NCBI RefSeq assembly: GCF_031769215.1
Contig: NW_026782116.1
Coordinates: 1,488,001 to 1,552,000 of the forward strand
Source of the DNA: Ylistrum balloti
Lineage: Eukaryota
Direction: 5' to 3'
DNA length: 64,000 bases
The first letter of the stretch is position 1, and every line of letters begins with the position of its first letter. The notes under the pieces were generated by a model. It made no database searches and was not told where the DNA came from. It saw nothing but the letters and a program-made list of their open reading frames with translations. Below are positions 22,921-35,696 of the stretch, piece by piece. The position numbers were made by a program, and so were the translations under genes.

Positions 22921-25782
22921 ATAAACTACGAAAGTTCATTTACTATGCAAATTTACTGCGATCCACTTTGATGGCTAATAAATAGTCTATTGACATGTAA
23001 TATTGTTCAATGTCTTTTTTGTAAAGATGTGGCCATGAATAATTACATTGTGCTATATTGATTATAGATGCACAAATTACAAGTTTGTTTCAAGTTTCAA
23101 GTTTTATAAGATTTATAATATCAACAATGTTTTGTCAAATTATTCCGAGATCAAAACGAATTTCTAGCAAAAGTGGCATTTATTTGACCACAGTTATTTC
23201 GGAGGCAGTGATACCTATCTTTGCTCTCTTCCAGTCTTTCGAGAACAAGTGGGAATTCTCGGGGATAAAAGTAATTCTCAGAGAAACGTTCGTTAATTAG
23301 ACAAAGTTTCACTTGCATATCTAATTTTTGTTGCCACTGGCAGGTTTTCCCTTCTTGTTGATCATCACAACTGTACGACGTTTGAAAGTATTTACAAGTC
23401 GTACCCAGGAATAGGATTTTATATAACATAACACGGGATCTGTCATGGCTGTCGTTCACTGTGTTTGGTCTAATGATAACTAATCATATAATTTATTATA
23501 TTACGGTAAGGATGCGTTACCAATAATTCATCATTTTATAGTGTATTTATATAGTGTATTTACAAGTTTCTTTTTATTTATAATTTTGATTATGCTCAAG
23601 TATCACTTTGTACATGTAATGAAGGCAACACGCTAAATATAGATAAAATCGTAATTCTGTTAGCGCTACAACGCTGTAGCTAGAATGTCCATGAACATAT
23701 ACAATCAGAACATATTTTCATGTTCATTTTTACCTTAAAAATATTTATATAACAACCTTGATCAGTGTGCGTAGAACATAAAGTCAACCAAACTGTAACA
23801 TATATATTAGTATTTTTATGTTCTCTTCTGGAGTTATTTTATGTACGTCTGATCGTACGTTGTATATGAACATCATCAAAATCTTATGATTCGACAAGCG
23901 CATTTGATCATGTATCTGTTCAATCGCTTGTCTTTTTTTTCTTGTGATAGACAATGTGTCTCATGCTTTTTTCTTATTTCATCATCCGTATAATTGTCAT
24001 TATACATACAAAATGTGTCCTATAGACCCTGAATTTGAACGTCAGTATTATGTTATGAAGCACGTGCTGTGATATTGAGTGAGGATAAAACACACTGAAG
24101 GAAATAGGTCACGTATTGGAGACATTAATTGATGATTCTTGTGGAAAAGTATTTTCGCTTATTTACCAATATACTAACCCCGCATTGTTTGAGGTTTTGA
24201 ACGTTTAACTACAGATTTCTTTAATAAAATATTTACAAAGTTCCGTTCTCCTGAATTTTATGCATAGTATTTAAGAATGTTTATTTTGTAGATATTTTAA
24301 CTTTTTGTCTGTTCTGACATGGAAATCTATAACAATTAAAAACCTTTAAAAATACATCCATTTGTAAGGCGTCAAAATGTAGCAAAACAAAACTGAATAT
24401 TTCTGTTGTTTATGAAAGAGCTTTTTTTATTGATGATCAGGTCATAAATCGAGGATAATATAAAAATTAGAAAAATGAATAAAACCCCAAACCAGGTTAA
24501 TTCACAAGTAATTTATGAAACTCGTCATCTTTTAGCTTTACCGAGGATCTCTGAAGTAACTAAATCTCGTTTTTGTTTTAAAAAACTATTAAAGTTGTGC
24601 TGGTGAGCTAAGATACCTCGATATTGTTACTTAGTATCTCAAACCATCATCTCGCTTTCCGAACTGTAAATACACTGTTGAAATATAACGAAAAATTAAA
24701 CACAGCCATATGTTAATTGTTTGCTTTTCACTTACATTATAAAAACTCACTATCGGCACAAAGTTAAACATTCTTTAAAAAGGCCGACATAATTCCATAC
24801 TTATAATGATACAATATCATGTGGTAAACGTATTTTATTGGAGAATATACATTGTATTTTGAGGTTATACGTATTCAAAATAGTAGAACAGTTAGCTAGA
24901 TTGGTCCGAAAGATTCTTTCTTTTATTCCATATGACATATTTTTCCTGGGTCGCTGTCGACTTATATTTAAGTTTTGTAATAAAAATTTAGGATTCGGGT
25001 TTTTTTTTTTTTACTTTCCTGATAAAATTTCACTTTTTCAAATCAGTATTCACAGAATGAGTATTATTACCTTTATTTCCTCCAAAAAAGTTATAGAAAA
25101 TAACACCGATTCAATTAATATTGAAAGAAAGAAACACACATACACATGTTCACATTATAATTTGTTACGCAATATACAATTATACATAAAGCACCTTTCA
25201 ATAACACGTTAATTGCTTTCGACTTTTTAATCATGTAAATCCAATTGACTTTTCAAATTCAATACACATATAATCTTTTCCTTGTTTACATTACAATTAT
25301 AATGTTCATCCTATATTGACATTTTTATCGAAACGTACCGAAGTATTTTTTGATAATTTACAGGACTATCTAGCCCTTTCAATTATCATCTTCATTTAAA
25401 CGGTATCTGATTTCCATCATACGCACGCTACAGTAACATACTTTACAATACAATATAAAGAGGATCTGAAAACCAGCTATAGTAATTCCTTCAAGAACAT
25501 GGTATAATGAAACAAACAGCAATCAATCATGATAAAGATTCTTGATTAAAATAAACACATCCGGATGCTTTGCTAATCTATAAATAGATTTTTTTAAAAT
25601 CCGATACTCGGAATACCTCTAGTGTTTAGATGACATATATTGTATACCACAGAGTGTCCCATAAAGTGAACCTAAACTCAACGAGCCACAGCCACACAAA
25701 TATGTGACAAGTGCCGCTACAAGATTAAGCCTTTCACACTCGTGTAAATCATCAAAACGACCAGGTTTATAATTATTACAGC

Positions 25783-28700
25783 ATGGCAATGTCTAAGGTA
25801 ACGGATGTGATTGCAGACCTTCCTGTGGCTGTGAAGGTTGCAGGCGGGGTTGTACTTACAGGGGCAGTTCTGGCAGGTGTGGTGAGAGGAATCAAGGCGT
25901 GTCGAAGTGGCAGGTAAACGTTTAAAAGTGGCATTATCTTATGAAATACCATACATGATATAGACGCTGTGTTCACCTGAAACTAAATAGAAAACAGAAA
26001 TATATTTATCTGTAAAACGAACATGCTTACTAGTTTTTACATTTTGAAAGCTGACAATCTACAACTGATAAAGCTGAACATGCTTTCTGGTTTTTCCACT
26101 CAAGTACGATCTCCTTCTCTTACTCATTTGCGAGGTCTCCTTACATCGGTCTCGGCAGACTTCCATCATAGGTTGGGAGGCGTGTTATTTTTCTTTAATT
26201 ATTGTTTTTGTCAATTGTGTTTGTTTCCATAGGAAAGAATATCCACGAGATACCATTGTTATCCACCAGATTGGACGTGGTCCTTACGTGCCCAGTCTCA
26301 CGTGCTATGCTATTAAATTAGAGACATATTTCCGGATGGAAGGTATTCCCTACCAGGTATATGTTTGTAGGGGGCATTATTTTGAAATGATATTATTCAA
26401 GATTTAAAGGAGATTCGAACAATTACATTGTTATCTTGAAAAAACCAATCGATTTTTCCCTCTTCGATTGTCTGCATAACCTTTAGTAAAAGATGCTGGT
26501 CCATCCAGGCAAAATGCGAAAATAAAAATACCGAATTGATCGTTTGGCATTTCTGCAGGTAGAACATAGTTTATCTAGGAGAAGCAAGAAAACAGGAAAA
26601 ATTCCATTTTTGGAATACAACGGAGAAGAAATTCCAGATAGCGAGTTTATACTTGAGTTCCTCAGTAAGGAGAAGAATTTTGACTTGAACAAGGGTCTAA
26701 CCCCGGAACAGATTGGAATTGGCAGAGCCTTCCAGAAAATGTTTGAGGAAAATACGTATTGGTAGGTAACCATCTCACTACATAATCCAACAAAACAGCT
26801 TGATTCAGCCAACCTGCCTTGTTAAGTCCCGTTTACTTCCCTCAAATCCTGATGTTCTATGAGTTTGTGTGGTATGTGTTATATAGAAATTGAATTATTG
26901 CGGTTGATAGCTAAAGTAAGCTAAAATAGATCGTACTGCAAACAGAATTAAGCTATGACGGTAACTTATTTATGAATGCTTTCATGCTTTTATTCAAGGG
27001 GTTGGCGTATATAAGTAATATATCGATGTACTGTAAATAAAACAGCACGAAATTCCAGTATTATAGCGGGGCTTCAAAACCAATTGTGTTTTTGTTATTT
27101 CTCGTTGCTATTTTCTTCATTGTTAGCAAGTCGAATGAGCGAGGTTATTGCTGGTGTCCCAAAATTGATTAAGTGATATTGAACCTGGAGCAGCAGAATT
27201 ACATACAATACAACAGCCTTAATTAAGGATGCTGCTGTTACTACAGTAGACCAGCATCTGATCTTGAATATTCCATATCTTCCTAGTAGCATTCCTGCTT
27301 TCCAATACTTACAGTAGCTGTTCCAAATATCAGGATTTCCTTCATTTACAACACGAAATGTCCGGGACGCAAGCTTTTGGAAATCATTAGCAAATTAGCG
27401 ATCTTGTAGAGACACGTCCTATGTGATATTTTTAACTTTTAACCGTTTCTCATTTCCAAAATTTTATATTACAATGAGGTAGTCTATTAAAATGTGTATA
27501 ATGGGAGAAATTTCTGAAGTAACGAAGTATTTTCAGATTTCCATGGTGTCCCTGATTTCGTACCCAGTCATTATTTCACCATTTTCCCTACAACAGAAAA
27601 AGAATTAATCATTTTATCGTCGTTATAATTCATACTTAATCATTGAGTTGAAGTGTATGGTTAACGTATTTCTGATTTTGTAGGTGTCTTGCGGCAGATC
27701 GATATGTTCTTGACGAAACCAATGGAGTTTGGAAGAATTATAAAATCCCTTCACTTTTGGCGTAAGTTGTATAACACGTCGTCGACTTTGTTTACAGTAT
27801 GTATTTGATAATGCTTGTAAATACTATTCATAATAATAATGATAATAACACTGAATACAATTTCAGGACATTGGATGGATATCTATCCGACAGCATTACT
27901 GACAGCATATTGAATGGAACAATTGTTATGATACTCAATATTATTAGAACCAAGATTTATTTCTGATAAAATTAAACTTATGTGTGTATCGAATACTAAC
28001 AGATGCTTCAATTTACGAGAATTTTTTTTCTGTTTCCAGGCTATTTTTGAAGCGTGGTTTACGCAAAAGGTTTTACGAACAAGGTGTATTACGTCATACA
28101 CCAGAGGAAATACGTCACATTTTGTCGACAGACCTCAAAGCACTGTCCTATTTCCTCGGTAAATATAAAAAAAAATACCTTAAACAACTTATGAATTATT
28201 TCATTATGTTTTTAGGCTAAACATACTCAGTACGAATAGCCTATTGCGATGGCCTTTCAGACAAAATTTACCGATCCTGGCCTTCTTATTGGCTGAAATA
28301 TCGAAAAGAGTTAGAGCCCTCTAGCGGCAATTTTCTGCGTAAATGATGTCGCGATCTTTCAAATCGCTATTTTCATTTAATATTGTTTTATTATTATTTT
28401 TTGTCATTTTTAATTATATTAATGAGAGTTCTTTTGAATACTACTTATGTTGCTTGTAGCATATTATACCTCTTGATAACATTAGAGTTTGATTATATCA
28501 TATTGGGGCAGGAGGAAGCTAGACATTAATATAAGTATACTTATTACAGTTTGTCTTAGTTTTAAATAGTATTACCACTATATGCGATAGTTTTTAATAT
28601 ATCTATAGGTTAATGGTATACAGTAAAACCGTAATCGTTTGTGTATGAGAGGAAATGTATCTGTTTTAATCTTGAATTTAGGATCGAAGAAATTTCTGTT

Positions 28701-29532
28701 CGGTGACAAAGCGTGCAAATTTGACTGTTCAATCTTTGGAATCCTGGCAGAGATGAAATGGGCATCATTTGGAGGTTTTTCATTATCCGTCATAAAAGGT
28801 AACAATTGTCACCATTTTATAACGCGGTCGATATCAGAAGAATTCACCTCGGTTTTATTGTGATACCCAATAGTGTCTGTTTCTCTCGAAATTCAGTGGG
28901 AAATGAAAGAAACCTTTATTGATCAAATGAAGAGAAAGGAAGCCGTTAATGTTAACCCAGTCTTCTGAAAGGAAACATCTAGATACAATTGTAGCAAAAA
29001 TTATGTATTCCTGTCCGGTTTGACAGATGATGAAACTTGATTCGGATGTCTTGACCTTATTAACATTTTTTATTCAGTGTCGCTCAAACATTTTCCATGT
29101 TGCTAACCATACTCACTCACACATTTCCTTGAATCAGTTGAATCTTATCTGATTGCGGCTGTCATCAGAAAAATATGGAATGATTGTAAAGATTTGAAAC
29201 CTATGCTAGATGTTAAATTATTTCTGTTGAAAGTGGTCTACTAATTCCAACAATATGTTTATAAAACCACATACATGTTATAAATACCTTTTTTTAGATC
29301 TTGCTTATTTTGAATTCTGTCAATTTATACTATTTCCAAAGTGATATATCATGTCGTCCTTATGTGTATTTAATTAAAAATGATACACGGAAGAAATCTC
29401 GTATACTTCAAAAGATTTGAATGTTTCTGTCTCCCTACAGAGTACCCCAACCTCTGTGACTACTGTGAGCGTATGAAGGAAGCGTTTTGGCCGGACTGGG
29501 AGGAGATTATACAGAAAGACTGTACCAAGTAA
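25783..29532 (+). CDS. FAXC: Failed axon connections homolog (FAXC/metaxin-like GST-fold protein), 287 aa
   Basis: Exons 25783-25913, 26233-26356, 26559-26761, 27684-27761, 28040-28158, 28682-28798 and 29441-29532 total 864 nt with all phases compatible. Motifs: N-terminal hydrophobic anchor, IKLETYFRMEGIPY, SKKTGKIPFLEYNGEEIPDSEFI, DLKALSYFLGSKKFLFGD, YPNLCDYCERMKEAFWPDW. Confidence 0.92.
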
Positions 29533-29712
29533 TGCCGGGCTAATAAAAATGACTTTACTCACCGTATAAAGGTGGCCCAATACTGTTGTACAATTTTGAA
29601 ATCTGATACTCGGCTGTTTCGCTTGTTTAGACAAACATATTCTGTCTGGAGCTTTTTATTATTTAGCTATTGTCTGATGATCGAAGTGTCTACTACAGAA
29701 CTCCCGTGTTTT

Positions 29713-29887
29713 GACTGAAGTGTCCGGTTTAGAACCAAGCTCAGTGTTTAATGAGACTGAAGTGTCCGGTTTAGAACCAAGCTCAGTGTTTATTGAGACT
29801 GACGTGTCCGGTTTAGAACCAAGCTCAGTGTTTATTGAGACTGACGTGTCCGGTTTAGAACCAAGCTCAGTGTTTATTGAGACTGAA
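29713..29887. repeat. 42-bp minisatellite, about 4 copies, just 3' of FAXC
   Basis: Unit gactgaagtgtccggtttagaaccaagctcagtgtttattga. Confidence 0.92.
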
Positions 29888-30599
29888 ATATTCAGTCTTG
29901 TTTGATTCTCCATGACTTGATGACTGATATACCTAGTTGATAAGACAGAAGTTAGTTTTATTTTGTTATAAAAGTATTTATTAAACTGTAGTTTATCACA
30001 CCAAACTGTTAAAATATATTTTGTGTCTACTTCTTCAAACGGAAGTGGATTAAATTATATTTCATCAAATCTGAGTTAAATTGTATTTCATCAATCAAAG
30101 CGGAGTTGAATATATTTTATTTCGTTATAAAGACTTGAATTGGTTAGATGAACGTTTTTAATATAAACCTAAGATTACTGAAAATCGGGACGAAATGTTA
30201 TCACTTTATCAACACATACAGAGATTACTGGTGTAAATAACTCAGTCTTATATATTAAATATTTAAGATAAATCCCTGAACTCAAATTCGAAATTAAAAA
30301 AAATAAAACTGGTTTGTTTCTATGATGGATTAATAAAATGTTCTAGATGATTTTAAATCTCTGGCTAGTGGGCGATACATACCACTTAAATAACGGTATT
30401 TCTAAGTAGTGTCCAGTTCTGTCAGTGTTAAATTTGTTGGAGTATACAACATAAGACAAAAAAATGATGATAAAAAGAATTAACACATAGTAATTTGTTA
30501 TTATTAACTGTGACATACAGAGTGCAGGGAGCAGACGTATTGGGGATTTTAGCGAACAAAAACTCGAAATCCTTGTTCCTATCTAATACATGTATTTTA

Positions 30600-30890
30600 G
30601 TTCATCTCACTGGCCAATATTCCATTTTTGTGTAATGTGAAGACAGATGTCTTTGATCCTCGTGTATTGGGTGGGATGGTTTCGTTTGGACTGACCTAGA
30701 TCTGCCTAACCTTACATGGTGATTAAAGGAGAAACATACTTACTCTGATAATTTTCAGTGATATTGTGTAGATATTTCATTTGTTTAGATGGTTTCCTAG
30801 TTTGATTCATTACGATTTCGGATCTCGATTTTACTGACGTGTTGATATAAGGGTGCCGACCCTGTCACGTTGCATGTGCACAATCAATAT
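30600..30890. mobile_element. Possible 3' remnant of a retroelement-derived dispersed repeat
   Basis: Style of sequence only (gtttagatggtttcctagtttgattc..., gggtgccgaccctgtcacgttgc). No ORF and no second copy in the window. Confidence 0.2.
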
Positions 30891-33472
30891 TCCAAATGAT
30901 AAACAATAGGAGTCAAAATTACTATATATTCACTACCTGTCGTTATCTTTACAGTTCAACACTGCTGCTTCCGCGGTTTGTAACATTTAAATATAAAATG
31001 CTTTGGTATTCGTACATTATATGTACCAATGGTGATATTCTTTCTATTAAATAAACACTTACTTTAATACTAAACAAAAACTTCAAGGACGCAACAATAT
31101 AATGTGTCCTTGTACGACTGTTTTCCGCTGACTTGTAAATGAGACTACTAAATGATAGTGGTACGGACAGGATATCATATTTCGCTCGGTTGACTACAAG
31201 GAATAAAAGCAAAGTATGATATCCTAATGGATTGCCCCCCAATATGTAGCGCACCTGTTTTGGCACGAGGTGCACGTGTAGCTGGTGACAGAGCAACTAA
31301 GTTCCGAGCAATGTACTGGTCTAGGACGGTCGATTTTTTTCTGACATTATATATTTATATATTGTATGATATACCAGTATTATTTATAGGAATGTGAGAA
31401 TAGTTATACATTATTTTAAAGGACCATCAGCCTTATCGACCAGTCTAACAAAGGATTTTCATTATATATAAATACACGTACTGGTATCACTTGAACAGTC
31501 TATGGGGGTTTTGTTGTTTTACCATAGGGTGGGAAATTGGAGAAATACGGTAGGATATCAGGTTTGGATGCGTGATGTGACGCCTACGGCTCTAAATGTG
31601 TGTTTCCAACACAGTACCTGACACGTGCTTTATTGGTTTTGTACAACAACGTTTAATATATCACATGTCGTGCATTCAATTCCGTCAACTAAGTTGAATC
31701 GTATATGCAAATACAGAATGCAATACAATTGATTTATTCTGACAAATACAGTAACATTGTATATTTATTTTGAAAAAGCACGACATGTTAAAATCAATAT
31801 AACTCAAAAAATAAGTCTTTGCTTGCGCAGTTTTTGAAATGTGAAAGCATAAAAGCATGTGGCGATTTACGAACGACAGTTAATACCTGAACCTATTATG
31901 CCCAAGAAGTAGCAAATAGGAAAATGATAAGTAGCAATAAATCCACCTAAAAAACAAATAGAAGCAGAAAAATTACAAATACGATGACGAACACCGATGT
32001 AGGACTCCTTTATCATGCTATTTAAGATTATGTTGTAAATGTACTAGCAATCCATCTTTCAAGAAAACCTTTCGGAAGAAATAAGTAAACACCACAGGAG
32101 GAGAAAGGAGGAAATGTACAATCGGTGATAGAAAGTTTACAATATAAGATAATCGAAATCGTCAAAGATATTATTCTCCTTAGTGGGGTAAGTCGTCCCA
32201 GTTTGTCACGTTGGGACATCATCGTCGAGGTCTGTGGCGTTCTGTTGATTTAATTCTGGTAATCGCAAAACTGCAACTTTATTGTGATATGATTAAGGAA
32301 GTGATTTCAATCGAAAATTGTGAAAACGACATACAGAAGAAAAGAATTATGTAAAGATAGCAATTAATTTTAAAATAATTTACGCTTGCAATTTTTATGT
32401 TACATTCACAAAGGACAACACAATATTCATCTGGCGTGTTTTCATTTCATTGACACGATTTATAGGAATATTTATCTTCAAAGATTAAAATATATTTAAC
32501 TACATGCGAAATCATTTTGTATTGCGGTATTAAAAAGACCGGGGGATGATGATGCGGGGTATGCATCCGCCCCGACATATATGAAACATTTCACGCGGGA
32601 CCACTTCTACTTCACTTCTAGATCAAATAAAAACGCCTGCCATTATTTCACACATATATGAATATGTTAAGATCTTTTAACACATTTTAGAAATGAACGT
32701 TTAATTGAAAATAATCCCTTAATATGACGCCCCCTAAAAAATTTAATTATAAGGTATTGTATGAGGAATTTATAGCTTAATTACAGTCATATGTTTTTGA
32801 ACGTTACATAATCACGTTGAGGAAAAATGACGAGTTAAATCATTTCAACACTGTTTTCACGATTTGTCCGGGTGCCTTCGTCATCAAGACTTTTGACTTC
32901 TGTACATCCATGAACAATCTCGAGAATAAAACGACAAATTTTAACGTTACCCAGTAAATCTACAAGCAGACTATATATATATATAGATGAGCATTTTCTG
33001 TCCTAGTGGTTCATTTGCATACAACATTTGTTGGTGGTCTGCACAAAGACAGACTCCGTCTCCCCATCCCCTCTGTATCTGTCCCTGAGAAACGATAAAC
33101 TGAACAAGCAAACACCAACACTCTGTCTAGACCATTGAAACAGGAGAATATGTGATCACAAAGCGCAAAACCAATTTCTTCTTAATGCCTTGAGTGTTGA
33201 TTTGGAGTTGTTAATAATGTTTTAAGCTGAGGGGTATATTTTCACATTATGAGTTAACTTCGGTCAACAATACAATAACGGAACTACGGACTTTTCTTTC
33301 TATGTAATCTACCACGAAATAGACACCTGTCTCATTATTGTGGTGTCTGTTATTCTCTATGTTAGAAAGCAGTATGATAAAGAGCCTAGCTGATAGATGG
33401 TATATATATATATATATATATATGCACCTTTCTATCAAAATTTAGAATTTGATCGATAGAGTCAAATGATAA

Positions 33473-34030
33473 TTAAACTGCATCATACAGCTGTTTCGTT
33501 CTTCAAAGACTCGTCAGTGATGCTACATCATACAGCTGTTTCGTTCTTCAAAGACTCGTCAGTGACGCTACATCATACAGCTGTTTCGTTCTTCAAAGAC
33601 TCGTCAGTGATGCTACATCATACAGCTGTTTCGTTCTTCAAAGGTTCGTCAGTGACGCTACATCATACAGCTGTTTCGTTCTTCAAAGACTCGTCAGTGA
33701 CGCTACATCATACAGCTGTTTCGTTCTTCAAAGACTCGTCAGTGATGCTACATCATACAGCTGTTTCGTTCTTCAAAGACTCGTCAGTGATGCTACATCA
33801 TACAGCTATTTCGTTCTTCAAAGACTCGTCAGTGATGCTAAGGGCTAAAATTTTGAAACCTTGGAGACAACCGAGGAAAATCAAAATTGATAGATAAAAA
33901 GATCAAATTTTAGATGTAGAAATGTAGTAGTCTGGTGAGCTCATTATCATCAGTTTCGTCATATAATTTCAATAGAACGCTAAGTACACATGTATTATAT
34001 TAAGTAAAACATCATGTATGGACTAAAAAG
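33473..34030 (+). repeat. Family A element containing an internal 45-bp tandem array (8 copies, 33481-33840)
   Basis: Unit catcatacagctgtttcgttcttcaaagactcgtcagtgatgcta. Its flanks match the single-unit copy at 6971-7250. Confidence 0.85.
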
Positions 34031-34631
34031 TCCTCCAGCTGTGTCTACCGAAGATTGTACAAGAAGCACACAAATTAATAATAACTTTCAATTCAAATTA
34101 AACATTTAATACAGAATAAGCACAAAAAATTAATCGAACTGCATCATATGCACATTTTTACCCAAAGGTCAAAAATTGCATATCTCCATAGCAACTTACT
34201 TCTAGTGGCAGTTTGACAGGTATTCATATCGAAACAACACTTTATCTGCAGTGAATATTTTGACGACTTTTATGACAAACCTATTTTGATAAAGTTGTGT
34301 TTATCATTCAGTCAGCGATGATGGTAATTGATTTGGCATCAATTATTCAAAGGTAATCAGGTTACATCAGGTGATTTCCAGTACGGCGGCATAGTATTGA
34401 ATAAGTGCTTCCTGTAGGTTCAGATTCAAGACTACACACTGAAGGAAGCAATCGACAGTTATGGCGTTACTACAATCGAAGTGTGATTACGATGTCGGGA
34501 AAGTTAGGGAAATGAATTGCTGATTGAATAACTATTAAAACATAAAAATCAATATAAAACGTATTGATATCTAGAAAGGATATGTATTTGTGTGGTTATT
34601 GTGTCGTGTGGTGAGGATTAACACATATACC

Positions 34632-35696
34632 ATGAACGTTTCGGGCAATTCCAGTTCCTCAATCTTGACTAACAGAACGGAACATAACAATGGTTTTGAT
34701 TTTGACGTTTTTCTCTTTGCCATGTATGGAGTTCTACTTCCGGTCATCGTGGCTTTCGGGTACATTGGAAACATATTGACAGCTATAGTGCTATGGAAAA
34801 AGGAAATGGCGTCCGCGAATAACATCCTTCTACGTGCCCTGGTTTTGAGCGACATGACTATGATAACAAATCTGTTCATGTTTTTATCTCTACCAGTACT
34901 GTTTTCTAGATTACTGGATTACGACCTTGTTATAAATGTGATATATAACCAAGGGTTCCCAATCATTAATTACCTAGGTATGACTTCACAGCAATGTAAT
35001 GAGTATGTTCTTGTAGCCATCTCTGTGGAGCGCTACATCGCCGTCTGTCAGCCACTCAAGTACGCCCATTATAAAAGTAAACGAAAGACCATCATTCTCG
35101 TGTGTGGGATTATCACTTTTTCTTTCCTTTACAACATTCCTCGTCTGTTTGCATCAACAGTCCGACCCACTACATGCATGAACGTAAATTCCTCTTTAAC
35201 ATGTTATGAAAATCTTAGTACAAAATTCGGGGAAAGCTATTTCTACCAGGAAGTGTATTCAGTATGGATGTATGGTGCCGCATATTTTGTGTTTCCTCTC
35301 GTTGTGCTGTTTATAATGAATATTTTTATTCTAAAAGAACTGACAAAGATGAGGAGAATACGTCAGAACCTTGGTGTTATCAATTCACCAAACGCAAAGA
35401 AAGACAGCATTTCTCTTAGTCTAGTCATCATCATGACAGTGTTCGGCGTCGTCCAAACTCTAGGCTTTTTCAATCAGTTTTTGACCAATGCGTCAGGTCC
35501 ATCTATCTTCAGAGAAACTGTCAATACTTTGTATGGAATCAATTCTAGCGTTAATATTTTGATTTATGTTGTTGTAGGGAAGAAATTTAGAAGGAACGTC
35601 TCCGACCTTTTCAAGACGTGTTTGTTTTGTTCTGCGTTTCGTAAACATTCATCTGAACATTATCAAGTGTCAGAACTTGTCAGGGTTAGAATTTGA
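34632..35696 (+). CDS. Intronless class A (rhodopsin-like) GPCR, peptide-receptor-like (FMRFamide-receptor-like group), 354 aa
   Basis: Seven hydrophobic segments, with GYIGNILT (TM1), LVLSD (TM2), ISVERY (TM3), YNIPRLF (TM4) and NSSVNILIY..VGKKFRR (TM7/helix 8). The N-terminus has N-glycosylation sequons. MNVS is taken as the start. Confidence 0.93.
   Translation: MNVSGNSSSSILTNRTEHNNGFDFDVFLFAMYGVLLPVIVAFGYIGNILTAIVLWKKEMASANNILLRALVLSDMTMITNLFMFLSLPVLFSRLLDYDLVINVIYNQGFPIINYLGMTSQQCNEYVLVAISVERYIAVCQPLKYAHYKSKRKTIILVCGIITFSFLYNIPRLFASTVRPTTCMNVNSSLTCYENLSTKFGESYFYQEVYSVWMYGAAYFVFPLVVLFIMNIFILKELTKMRRIRQNLGVINSPNAKKDSISLSLVIIMTVFGVVQTLGFFNQFLTNASGPSIFRETVNTLYGINSSVNILIYVVVGKKFRRNVSDLFKTCLFCSAFRKHSSEHYQVSELVRVRI

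Noticed and set aside
31255-31340. Cys-rich candidate minus-strand exon (HCSELSCSVTSYTCTSCQN) and nearby short ORFs at 30949-32222
   Set aside because: No compatible chain of neighbouring exons or recognisable family could be built.
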